Shown: piece by piece, positions 42,001 through 50,385 of the stretch | Position numbering within the stretch: position 1 is the stretch's first letter | How the letters are laid out: each line of letters starts with the position of its first letter | Source: Nanobdellota archaeon | GTDB taxonomy: Archaea > Nanobdellota > Nanobdellia > Woesearchaeales > GW2011-AR9 | Assembly (NCBI GenBank): GCA_038046465.1 | Contig: JBBSWB010000041.1 | Location: forward strand, 1-58,865 | Direction of reading: 5' to 3' | DNA length: 58,865 nucleotides | Position numbers and translations under genes: made by a program | Notes under the pieces: model-generated | The model's database searches: none | Seen by the model: only the letters and a program-made list of their open reading frames with translations | What the model was told of the DNA's origin: nothing

Positions 42001-42630
42001 ATGGAAGAAAGCTTAAAAACTGGTACAACCACTGTTGGTTTAGTTTGTAAAGATGGAATCGTCTTAGCTGCTGATAAAAGAGCAACAGCTGGAGATATGA
42101 TCGTTGATAAAAGAGCAGAAAAAGTGCATATCATTTCTGATGATTTTGCTTTGACTATTGCCGGAGGAGTTTCTGACGCACAATTGCTGATCAAATTAAT
42201 CCGCGCAGAACTTAAGTTAAAAGAAGTATACACGGGTAAAAGACCAACTGCAAAAGAAGCAGCAAATTTATTGGGCGGATTAGTGTATAATGCTATCCGC
42301 AGACCTTCCATGCTGCCGGGAATCGTTCATTTTCTGTTAGCAGGTAAAGATATTCAAGGACTACACTTATACGATTTATTCCCTGACGGAAGTATTACTC
42401 ATATAAGAGATTACATTTCTTCCGGTTCAGGATCCGTTTTCGCTTACGGAGTATTAGAAACCCATTATAAAAAAGATATGACTGTAACTGAAGCAGTTGA
42501 GGTAGCTGTAAAAGCTATTAATACTGCCTTGCAAAGAGATTGCAATACGGGCAATGGAATAGATGTAATGGTTATTAATGAGAAGGAAATCAAGCGGGTG
42601 ATGCACAAAGAATTAGTGTATAATCTGTAA
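42001..42630 (+). CDS. psmB: Proteasome beta subunit
   Basis: Short propeptide, then TGTTTVGLVCKDGIVLAADKRAT with the Thr1 nucleophile. ATG at 42001 is preceded by GGTG; the track start is a GTG at 41992. Confidence 0.93.
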   Translation: MEESLKTGTTTVGLVCKDGIVLAADKRATAGDMIVDKRAEKVHIISDDFALTIAGGVSDAQLLIKLIRAELKLKEVYTGKRPTAKEAANLLGGLVYNAIRRPSMLPGIVHFLLAGKDIQGLHLYDLFPDGSITHIRDYISSGSGSVFAYGVLETHYKKDMTVTEAVEVAVKAINTALQRDCNTGNGIDVMVINEKEIKRVMHKELVYNL

Positions 42631-42711
42631 GAATGAATAAATTCTAAACAATTAATCTTCTTTATTATTACCAATAATGTACAGTAAATTATCACGAGGA
42701 AATACTTAACT

Positions 42712-44601
42712 ATGCCAGACATATTAAAAGAAATAATAAAAATCCTTCCTAAAGGCAAAATCTCTGATGCTGCTTTTGAAGGAGCAAACATTGTACTTTA
42801 TACTAAAGACCCAGAATATTTCATGGATAATAATGGCACCATTAGGGATGCCGTAAAAGAATTTAGAAAAAGAATTGAACTGCGTTCTGATCCGGCTTTG
42901 TGTTTAGAAGTCGAGAAAGCAGAAAAACTGTTAAAAGAACTTATTCCCGAAGAAGCGGGAGCTCAAGAATTTATCTTTGACCCGCCGCGCTCACAGGTTA
43001 TTATTCATGCCGATAAACCCGGATTAGTTATTGGAAAACAGGGAGAAATCTTAAGAGAAATACGTGCTAAAACTTTTTGGGTGCCGTTAATAAAACGCTT
43101 GCCTCCGATCAGATCAAAATTAATTGAAAGTATCCGTTCCGTTCTGTATGAACATGCTGATGAAAGAAAAAAGTTCCTGGATAAAACCGGACACCGGATT
43201 TATGACGGCTGGATTAGATCAAAAAAACACGAATGGGTTAGATTATCCTGTTTAGGTGCATCCCGGCAAGTTGGAAGAACCTGTTTCTTAATTCAAACTC
43301 CTGAATCACGAGTGTTAATTGATTGCGGTATTGACGCTAGCCAGGAAGGCACGGAAGCTTATCCTTTTTTAGATGCCCCTGAATTTAACATCAGCGAATT
43401 AGATGCAGTTATCGTTACTCACTCCCACTTAGATCATTCTGGTTTGATTCCTTACTTGTTTAAATTTGGATATACTGGACCAGTATATTGTACTCTTCCT
43501 ACTCGGGATGTTATGGCCCTGTTGCAATTAGATATGGTTAAAATTCAGCGCAGTGAAGGTAAAGAACCAATTTATACTAGTGAAGAAGTTCGACAAATGG
43601 TTTTACATACCATCTGCTTAGAGTATGAAGAAGTGACTGATATCACTCCTGATGTCCGCTTAACTTTTTATGGTGCGGGACACGTCATTGGAAGTTCCAT
43701 TGTGCATTTAAACATTGGAAATGGATTACATAATTTTGCTTATACTGGTGATTTAAAATATGCTCGAACTAATGTCTTAGAACCAGGTAATACTCAATTT
43801 CCCCGTCTGGAAACTTTAATGATTGAATCTACTTATGGTGGAAAAGAAAATGTTATGGCTGAAAAAGAAGCCGATGATTACATGATTAAAGTTATCCAAG
43901 AAACTTTTGCGCGGGGCGGGAAAGTATTGATGCCTGTATTAGGCTCAGGAAGAGCCCAGGAAGTAATGATTATTGTAGAAAGACTGATGCGGGAAAAATT
44001 AATCCCTGATGCGCCCGTATACCTTGATGGGATGTTATGGGACGTTACGGCTATTCATACCGCTTATCCAGAATATTTAAATCGAAACATTCGCGAACAG
44101 ATTTTCCATAAAGAAAATAATCCTTTCTTATCCGGAATATTCAAACAAGTTGGCTCTCCTAAAGAAAGAAAACAGATCATGTTAGAAGAAGGGTCTTGTT
44201 TAATCTTGGCAACTTCAGGAATGCTTACCGGCGGACCTTCCGTCGAATACCTTAAAGGATTGGGAGAAGGAAAAAAACATTCTTTGATCTTTAGCTGTTA
44301 TCAACCTCCCGGAAGTATGGGTTACCGCATTAGAAACGGAGAAAAAGAGATTATGGTCCGAGAAGAAGGTAAAAACCAGGTGCTTAAAATAAATATGGAA
44401 GTGCACAAAGTAGAAATTACCAACCACTCTGACCGAAAACAATTGATGAATTATGTAAAAAGATGTAATCCTCAGCCTAAAAAAGTCATTGTAGTGCACG
44501 GAGAAAGTTCAAGATGCTTAGATTTAGCTTCTTCGATACATAAGGTATACCGCATTGAAACGGTTGCTCCTAAAAACCTGGAAGTTATCAGGATTAAATA
44601 G
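42712..44601 (+). CDS. aCPSF1: KH-domain beta-CASP metallo-beta-lactamase ribonuclease
   Basis: N-terminal KH-like region, HSHLDHSG metallo-beta-lactamase motif and beta-CASP motifs; 629 aa, typical of archaeal CPSF1. Confidence 0.93.
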   Translation: MPDILKEIIKILPKGKISDAAFEGANIVLYTKDPEYFMDNNGTIRDAVKEFRKRIELRSDPALCLEVEKAEKLLKELIPEEAGAQEFIFDPPRSQVIIHADKPGLVIGKQGEILREIRAKTFWVPLIKRLPPIRSKLIESIRSVLYEHADERKKFLDKTGHRIYDGWIRSKKHEWVRLSCLGASRQVGRTCFLIQTPESRVLIDCGIDASQEGTEAYPFLDAPEFNISELDAVIVTHSHLDHSGLIPYLFKFGYTGPVYCTLPTRDVMALLQLDMVKIQRSEGKEPIYTSEEVRQMVLHTICLEYEEVTDITPDVRLTFYGAGHVIGSSIVHLNIGNGLHNFAYTGDLKYARTNVLEPGNTQFPRLETLMIESTYGGKENVMAEKEADDYMIKVIQETFARGGKVLMPVLGSGRAQEVMIIVERLMREKLIPDAPVYLDGMLWDVTAIHTAYPEYLNRNIREQIFHKENNPFLSGIFKQVGSPKERKQIMLEEGSCLILATSGMLTGGPSVEYLKGLGEGKKHSLIFSCYQPPGSMGYRIRNGEKEIMVREEGKNQVLKINMEVHKVEITNHSDRKQLMNYVKRCNPQPKKVIVVHGESSRCLDLASSIHKVYRIETVAPKNLEVIRIK

Positions 44602-44605
44602 TTCT

Positions 44606-44726
44606 AAAAGCCACCCGCCTGGCCAAGATGAGCGCGAGAGAATGTTTATTTTAATCAAAAATTAATTCCTATCCCTTTAAATTTTAATTGCAAGGATAGG
44701 TCGAGCGCTCGGCCAGGGTGGCTTTT
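44606..44726 (+). repeat. Structured hairpin repeat, copy C (family A/B/C)
   Basis: Stems are AAAAGCCACCC/GGGTGGCTTTT, CCTGGCC/GGCCAGG, GAGCGC/GCGCTC and CCTATCC/GGATAGG. Homologous to the reverse complement of 25997..26118. Confidence 0.7.
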
Positions 44727-44819
44727 GCGACCAGCTTAGACAGACTAATTCTACCTAAATATTTATAAAACCGATTAGGATTTTAATGACGTTAGTGCCA
44801 GTTGTTCACTCACGTTCAC

Positions 44820-44964
44820 GCCAGCGTCGCATAATTCGGTACTTTGCATAAGCAAAGGTTTACGCGAAGCGAAAAATTGCGCAGGTCTTGAAAACCTGTT
44901 CCTTCGGGAATTCTCGGTTCAAAGCCAGCAATCTAAATTGCTGATGAAATTCCGAGCGCTGGCG
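44820..44964 (+). tRNA. tRNA-Ser (anticodon TGA) with two introns: about 35 nt in the D-loop (about 44842..44876) and 27 nt in the T-loop at 59/60 (44924..44950)
   Basis: GCCAGCG TC GCA TAATTCGGTA [35] T TGC G CAGGT CTTGAAA ACCTG, long variable arm TTCC-TTCG-GGAA, then CTCGG TTCAAA [27] T CCGAG CGCTGGC G. Perfect hBHBh' at the T-loop junction. Confidence 0.8.
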
Positions 44965-44984
44965 CTTTTTATTTTCTAAAAGAA

Positions 44985-45689
44985 TTATTTCTTGGCTATT
45001 CCCCATAATAAATTAAAATAATTTTTAAAAGCATTCATTATGTTTTTGTTATTTATGAGTATGGCGGCAGGTTCAATCCCCCAAACAATAATTGCTACTT
45101 TGTCGTCATAGATATTTAGAGATACTGGAGAATCGTACTGCTTAGGAAGAGTTCTCACCAAGGCGAAAGGTGCAGTTTTGCCTTTCTGTCCACCAGTATA
45201 AATTATTTTAAGTTTTATCTGTTTTGCAACTCTTTTGGCCGTATAGCGCCCAACATAATAAGACAATGCTTTTTTAGCATAATCGGCTGGACCAAGAACT
45301 AGAATCTCCCCTTTAGATTGTAATTGGTCCTCAAATATGAACCTAACCCCTTCCAGCCCTTTATAAAATTGAGTTTCCTGCTTATTTTTGACTTCATTAA
45401 ATTTTGCTTCTAGAAAAGGCAGTACCTCGAGAAAGGCATCTTTTTTTGCATCTATGGAATTGAGAACATTCTGAGGATCCAAAGCCATATACAATCTTTT
45501 ATTATTCTCACGTATGAAGCTAACCTGCCCTTTTTTAATCATCCTTTCCAGAGCATCATAAACATTTCGGCGGTGAATACCCGTCTTTCGCGATAAAGCT
45601 CCTGCCTGCGCTTTGCCTAATTCAACCAGAGCAACATAAATCTTAGCCTCACAAAGCGTTAAGCCTGCTCCCATTAGTTCTTCATACAT
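44985..45689 (-). CDS. TrmB-family transcriptional regulator
   Basis: N-terminal wHTH L...EAK.Y.AL...G...A..L......I.R..VY..L..L..KG, plus a TrmB-like C-terminal domain. Confidence 0.75.
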   Translation of the reverse strand: MYEELMGAGLTLCEAKIYVALVELGKAQAGALSRKTGIHRRNVYDALERMIKKGQVSFIRENNKRLYMALDPQNVLNSIDAKKDAFLEVLPFLEAKFNEVKNKQETQFYKGLEGVRFIFEDQLQSKGEILVLGPADYAKKALSYYVGRYTAKRVAKQIKLKIIYTGGQKGKTAPFALVRTLPKQYDSPVSLNIYDDKVAIIVWGIEPAAILINNKNIMNAFKNYFNLLWGIAKK

Positions 45690-45800
45690 AAGTTTACAGA
45701 AATAGCCTATATTTTTATATCTTGCGGTGAATTTTACATTTTGTGGTAATGTCCATCACCCCAATCTTATTTATACTTCCTGCCTTTTTAAGCTTCTTAG

Positions 45801-46898
45801 GTGAAAAAAATGAAAGAAAAAATGAAATTATTAGAACCAATTGAACCAATGCTGGCAGTTTATGCCGGCGGAGAAAATGTATATGAAGATATATTAAACC
45901 GACACGGCCAGCTTACTTTTGCTGAACTTAAATACGACGGCTACCGCTTGCAGCTGCATAAGAAAGGAAGCACGGTTAAAGGATATACTAGAAATCTTAA
46001 TGATGTGCCTTTGGATATTTATCCTGAACTGTCCTCTTCGTTAAGCAACTTGCCAAACTGTATCTTAGATTGTGAACTTAATGGAGGTATTGGACATACT
46101 GGATTTAAGACGGTAAAAAACCGATTTAGGAGTAAGAAAACTGACTTAACTGCTTACGAGAAGAAAGCAGACTTGAGTAAACCTGTAGAATTAAGAGTTT
46201 TTGACGTTCTTTACTACGGAAAAAAATGGTTGATGGAACTTCCTTTACTTGAACGAAGGAATTATACTGAAAGGATCGAAGAGTCCAAGATTAGGCCTGG
46301 ACAGCAGTGGAGAGTAAATAGTGCAGAAACCTTAGAAGCTTTATTTGAAACGCTGATAGAAAGCAAGCATGAAGGGCTGGTTTGCAAAGACCCTTCTTCA
46401 TTATATTTGCCAGGAGATAAAAGCGGTAAATGGACTAAGATCAAAAAATTTGAAACTTTAGATTTAGTGGTGTTGGGAGTTTACCTCAACAATGAAGAGA
46501 TAAGCCAAATCCTTTGCGGCGCTTACAATGAAGAATCAAAATGTTTTGAAACGCTGGCAAAAATAAATGCCAAACGGGAAGGAACTAATCAAGTATTAGC
46601 TGATTTGCTTACAGGCAAGTTTCAAGCAGAAATACCTGCATCGGTAATCATTCACCCTAAGGCTAAAAGCGAAGATCTGCCCCAGCTTTATGTTGAACCG
46701 AGAGTATCAGTAGTTGTAGAAATAAAAGCTATGAACCTTAATTATGGCAAGAATGAATATAGCTGCGGCTTTGACGGAAACAAATCTTATTCGCTGCGGA
46801 TAGCCTGGGCAAAGCAGATTCGAGAAGACAAAAAACCAAGTCAAGCCACGACTACAACAACGGTGGCAGAATTGTATAAAATTCAGGAGGGATTATAA
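45801..46898 (+). CDS. ATP-dependent DNA ligase, minimal form (adenylation plus OB domains, no N-terminal DNA-binding domain)
   Basis: Motif I ELKYDGYR (KxDG), with motifs EGLV.K and KIK further on. At 365 aa it is well below the roughly 550-600 aa typical of archaeal replicative ligases (recalled from general knowledge). Confidence 0.85.
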   Translation: MKKMKEKMKLLEPIEPMLAVYAGGENVYEDILNRHGQLTFAELKYDGYRLQLHKKGSTVKGYTRNLNDVPLDIYPELSSSLSNLPNCILDCELNGGIGHTGFKTVKNRFRSKKTDLTAYEKKADLSKPVELRVFDVLYYGKKWLMELPLLERRNYTERIEESKIRPGQQWRVNSAETLEALFETLIESKHEGLVCKDPSSLYLPGDKSGKWTKIKKFETLDLVVLGVYLNNEEISQILCGAYNEESKCFETLAKINAKREGTNQVLADLLTGKFQAEIPASVIIHPKAKSEDLPQLYVEPRVSVVVEIKAMNLNYGKNEYSCGFDGNKSYSLRIAWAKQIREDKKPSQATTTTTVAELYKIQEGL

Positions 46899-46899
46899 A

Positions 46900-47058
46900 A
46901 TGATAAATACCAAAACGATGCTTAATGAAGTAAAAAAAAGAGAATTTTCAGAGGCAATGATAGAAGAAGTCGGCACTATCCGTTTTATGAGTGATACATT
47001 TCTCAAATCACTCACTTTTTTCTTAGTTCTATTTTTGGACTTACAAGAAATGCAGTAG
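46900..47058 (+). CDS. Small hypothetical protein (52 aa), not in the ORF track
   Basis: My translation: MINTKTMLNEVKKREFSEAMIEEVGTIRFMSDTFLKSLTFFLVLFLDLQEMQ. AGGAGGG lies 9-15 nt upstream, inside the ligase 3' end. Confidence 0.35.
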   Translation: MINTKTMLNEVKKREFSEAMIEEVGTIRFMSDTFLKSLTFFLVLFLDLQEMQ

Positions 47059-47139
47059 AGAGGAGCTTAAAACAAGAATATTTCTTAACTACTCGCCAAA
47101 GCTAATTACAAAAACGAGCAAAATCACTCACTTTTCGAA

Positions 47140-47682
47140 TTGTGCCAAGAAGTCAGAAAAGAGATAATCAAAGAACTATCGGCAGTTCAGAGGGAAGGTA
47201 TTGACCAGTTGATAAATCACTTGGAAGGAAATAATTTTTTCACTTCCCCCGCTTCAACTAAATTTCATGGTAATTATGTTGGCGGCCTGGCTGCTCACAG
47301 TTTGATGGTCTATAAAGAGTTTGACTTTTTGCTGAAAAGATATTCTGGAACCTTGGAACAGGATAGTCGGCGAATTGCTGGCATTTGTCATGACTTCTGT
47401 AAAATAGGAGTTTACCAGAAAAATGAATTAAAAAATGGGCGAATTCCGGCGAACCCGTATCATTTTGATGACCCTCTTCCAATCGGGCATGGAGAAAAAT
47501 CAATGTATCTGGTTTCGCAATATGTAAAATTAACGCCAAAAGAAGCTTTGCTGATCAGGTGGCATATGGGCAGCTATGACCCCAATTATGAAATCAATCA
47601 AGATAAACTAAAAAAAATATGTCCAGAATTATGCCTGCTTCATTGTGCGGATCAGCTGGTTTCCGGCGGATTGGGCTTATAG
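47140..47682 (+). CDS. HD-domain phosphohydrolase
   Basis: KFHG..VGGLAAHSL and GICHDFCK (H...HD) motifs. Only a TTG start is available in this frame. Confidence 0.7.
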   Translation: MCQEVRKEIIKELSAVQREGIDQLINHLEGNNFFTSPASTKFHGNYVGGLAAHSLMVYKEFDFLLKRYSGTLEQDSRRIAGICHDFCKIGVYQKNELKNGRIPANPYHFDDPLPIGHGEKSMYLVSQYVKLTPKEALLIRWHMGSYDPNYEINQDKLKKICPELCLLHCADQLVSGGLGL

Positions 47683-47761
47683 AACAGAACGACCTTTTTG
47701 GATGCAGTACTTTTTTTATTATATTTTATTTTTATTATATTCTAAGATAGGTAATTTAAAA

Positions 47762-47776
47762 GCGAAAGATTTATAA
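47762..47776 (+). promoter_or_regulatory. Second copy of the BRE/TATA-like 15-mer GCGAAAGATTTATAA
   Basis: Identical to 5856-5870. About 100 nt upstream of the ATG at 47874. Confidence 0.45.
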
Positions 47777-47873
47777 TAAATTAAAATTAACTGTTAGTTA
47801 GAAAAAATTAAATGTGAAAAAAGAGGTGTTAAATAATGGTGGAAAAAAAACCTGTTTGAGGTGAAGATGTTAT

Positions 47874-48143
47874 ATGAATAAAGCATTAAAATCTATTTTA
47901 TTTACAATGTTAAGTAAGAAATGTATCGGTGGGAAGCACACTCCCGAAGAAAAGTTGATTAAATCTAAAATAAAATGGCTCGAATCTGATGAAAAAAAAG
48001 AATTCGAGAAAGAATATAAACGAATAGTAAATAATGGTGTTATCCTTCGCTCAAAGAAAATGACTGGGAAAGGATCGGATTGGCATGTAAGCTTGAATCC
48101 AAGAATGTTAAAAGAATTATATGAAAAGTTGAGAACGCAATGA
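47874..48143 (+). CDS. Hypothetical small protein (89 aa)
   Basis: GAGGTG Shine-Dalgarno 11 nt upstream, and a 4-nt overlap with the next gene. Confidence 0.5.
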   Translation: MNKALKSILFTMLSKKCIGGKHTPEEKLIKSKIKWLESDEKKEFEKEYKRIVNNGVILRSKKMTGKGSDWHVSLNPRMLKELYEKLRTQ

Positions 48144-48523
48144 ATGAAAAGGTGTTAAAAATGAAAAACAAAGGCGCATTTTGTGAAACTTATGGTATCA
48201 CTATAGAAAATTGTATCCTCGAATATTTGTTAGAAAATCAGGATTTAGATATTGCTATCGGCGATATGGCGAAAGAACTAGATGTAAGCAAACCAAAAGC
48301 ATACGAAGTAATCAAAGAGTTTGAAGAAAAGGAATATATTATTAAATCTAGAGTTGTTGGAAAAACCCAACTGTACAAATTGAATAAAACAAATATTAGA
48401 GTAAAAATCTTTTTGAGAAACTTTGATGAATGTTTGCAGCTAGTGATTGAAGAACATAGTAATAAAAGTTCTACCATCAGTGCTCCAATGAGTATCGGAG
48501 TGGCATCGGCAAGATCATTTTGA
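48140..48523 (+). CDS. Winged-helix DNA-binding protein (127 aa)
   Basis: IGDMAKELDVSKPKAYEVIKEFEEKEYIIKSRVVGKTQLYKLN is a wHTH pattern. Confidence 0.55.
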   Translation: MNEKVLKMKNKGAFCETYGITIENCILEYLLENQDLDIAIGDMAKELDVSKPKAYEVIKEFEEKEYIIKSRVVGKTQLYKLNKTNIRVKIFLRNFDECLQLVIEEHSNKSSTISAPMSIGVASARSF

Positions 48524-48530
48524 TTTCACA

Positions 48531-48548
48531 TTCACGCCAGCGTCGCAT
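48531..48548 (+). pseudogene. Orphan fragment of the tRNA-Ser 5' end (5-nt leader plus first 13 nt)
   Basis: TTCAC GCCAGCGTCGCAT is identical to 44815-44832 and 48595-48612, but no tRNA body follows. Confidence 0.6.
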
Positions 48549-48599
48549 CCACAGAGAAATAATTTCCCTGGGCGCGACTCAGCATTCACTCACGTTCAC

Positions 48600-48749
48600 G
48601 CCAGCGTCGCATAATCCGGTATTGCGGCAGTCTCGAACAGATCTTTACAATCGAAAGAAAACTGCTCCCTCTGGGATTCTCGGTTCAAACGAGAAACTGC
48701 GTTTCTTACCCAGAAAAACGCAGTTTTTCTGAATGTCCGAGCGCTGGCG
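48600..48749 (+). tRNA. tRNA-Ser (anticodon CGA) with two introns: 22 nt in the anticodon loop (about 48638..48659) and 46 nt in the T-loop at 59/60 (48690..48735)
   Basis: GCCAGCG TC GCA TAATCCGGTAT TGC G GCAGT CTCGAA [22] A ACTGC, variable arm TCCC-TCT-GGGA, then CTCGG TTCAAA [46] T CCGAG CGCTGGC G. A T-run follows. Confidence 0.8.
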
Positions 48750-48789
48750 CTTTTTATTTTTAAAAAAAAGCTAACCTTTCAAAATAAAG

Positions 48790-49860
48790 TTAAGAACACT
48801 TAAACCCTTCTCCTTCTAATAATCGTTTCTGCCAATTCCGTAAGCAGCTGCAGTCGTTGTTGAAAACGATTTGATTCATCTGCTCTTTATTGATGATCAA
48901 ATGGCCTTTTATTTTTAGTTTACCAGCAAGTTTGGCCTGCAATTCATACAATTTTTCAAATTGCTCTTTCTCTTCTACGGTGCTGTATTTTCTTTTGATT
49001 TTAACTAACTGAACTGGTTCTTGTTTTCCTTTTTCCACGGCTTCCTGAAATAATTTTGCTTTAATTCTAACAATAGGATGGACGCTGCGCACGAAACTCC
49101 AATTTATTGCCGGATTAACGGCAAATTCTTTTAATTTTTGCGTACTGATAACAAAATGAACGGGGCGGTCTACTTCTTGGGCTAACTGTTTGCGCAGAAA
49201 AAATAATTGCTTAAAGATACCTAATTGCTGTTCGGATAAGTCCCTTACTCCGCGGACATCCATAAATTCCTGTTCAGTATAAGTAAATTCAATATTCTCA
49301 ATCATCGCAAATTCTTCTATTGCCCAGGACAGGCGATCTTTTTCTTGCAATTCTTTCTTTAAAATTTCCCGCAGGGGCAATAAGTATAAAATATCCGTTA
49401 CCGCATAAGCTAACATGGCCGGAGAAATGGGGCGCTTGGTCCAATCAGCCATCTGAAATTTCTTTTCTTTGTGGATACTTAGATATTCTTCCAATAATGC
49501 GCCCAAGCCGATATTTTCTTTTCCTAATAATAAAGCAGCAATCTGGGTGTCAAAAATGTTTTTAGGGCGGCAGGAAAATTGTTCATACAAAATTCTGAAA
49601 TCAAAACCGACATCATGGAAGACTTTTTGAATACTTTTATTTTCCAAAACTTCAATAAGAGGCTTAATTTCTTTTAGAGTCAGCACATCCACAACCCAAT
49701 TTTCTATGCCGTTAGAAATCTGGATTAAAGTAATATAGGCTCCGTAATGATGTAAGTTGTTTTCACACTCTAAATCGACTGCTAAATCAGCAGAAAGCCC
49801 CCACTGTTTAGCTGCTTCCTCTAACTCAGTTGGAGTATTAATGTACGTAAAATGAGACAT
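48790..49860 (-). CDS. rnd: RNase D-like 3'-5' exoribonuclease (DEDDy domain plus HRDC-like domain)
   Basis: DLECEN, HDVGFDFRIL and ADWTKRP......YAVTDILYL exonuclease motifs. Confidence 0.8.
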   Translation of the reverse strand: MSHFTYINTPTELEEAAKQWGLSADLAVDLECENNLHHYGAYITLIQISNGIENWVVDVLTLKEIKPLIEVLENKSIQKVFHDVGFDFRILYEQFSCRPKNIFDTQIAALLLGKENIGLGALLEEYLSIHKEKKFQMADWTKRPISPAMLAYAVTDILYLLPLREILKKELQEKDRLSWAIEEFAMIENIEFTYTEQEFMDVRGVRDLSEQQLGIFKQLFFLRKQLAQEVDRPVHFVISTQKLKEFAVNPAINWSFVRSVHPIVRIKAKLFQEAVEKGKQEPVQLVKIKRKYSTVEEKEQFEKLYELQAKLAGKLKIKGHLIINKEQMNQIVFNNDCSCLRNWQKRLLEGEGFKCS

Positions 49861-49889
49861 AAATTGAATATTTAAAAGTAATATATAAA

Positions 49890-50276
49890 TTGTTTTGTTT
49901 TTTTGGTTTGAATATTTTAAGAATTAAGAAAAATAAACCTGATTTTTTGTTAGTAGTTAATTTTTATTCATTACAATCGTTACTATATAGCCACGGTTCA
50001 TTTTCCTCCGAGTTAAAAAACCTGCAAATTTTAGAAAAAAATAATGAATATATACTAACGGTTGCTAATGTTCCTGATATTTCTGGGCTTAAAGTTAGTT
50101 ATCCAAAATGTGTTGGTAAATATTATGTTCAAAAAAGGATTGATTGCTTAAAAACACCCCAATCAGAAGAAATAAGTAAAGAATATTATCAAGAAAAAGT
50201 TGGAGAACTAAAAGAAAAACAAGAAAGTCCGATTTTTTTAAGAATTTTTTCTTTCTTTAAAAGATTTTTTCCTTAA
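49890..50276 (+). CDS. Doubtful hypothetical ORF (128 aa, TTG start only)
   Basis: No ATG in frame and no Shine-Dalgarno. Kept only because nothing else occupies the gap. Confidence 0.2.
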   Translation: MFCFFGLNILRIKKNKPDFLLVVNFYSLQSLLYSHGSFSSELKNLQILEKNNEYILTVANVPDISGLKVSYPKCVGKYYVQKRIDCLKTPQSEEISKEYYQEKVGELKEKQESPIFLRIFSFFKRFFP

Positions 50277-50385
50277 GAAATTTAAAATTATATTTAATGC
50301 GTATATGTCCGCCCTTTTTTGATATCGATTAAATACACAATTTTTTAAAGCAAGGTTTTAATATCTGTGAACAATATCAGTTTAA

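Larger units (their letters stand above)
44815..48548. mobile_element. Candidate genomic islet bounded by an 18-nt direct repeat TTCACGCCAGCGTCGCAT (tRNA-Ser 5' end plus leader)
   Basis: The repeat occurs at 44815-44832, 48531-48548 and 48595-48612. The interior carries TrmB-like, minimal ligase, HD and wHTH genes. No integrase is present. Confidence 0.3.

Noticed and set aside
41979-42311. 110-aa minus-strand ORF
   Set aside because: It is antisense to the proteasome beta subunit gene.
44606-44726. Reverse complement of element C begins GCCACCCTGGCCGAGCG, like a class II tRNA 5' end
   Set aside because: No T-arm, anticodon arm or BHB-delimited insertion can be found that would complete a tRNA.
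48520-48732. 70-aa ORF on the plus strand
   Set aside because: It lies over the tRNA 5' fragment and tRNA-Ser(CGA). It has no Shine-Dalgarno and an R/S/T-rich nonsense translation.
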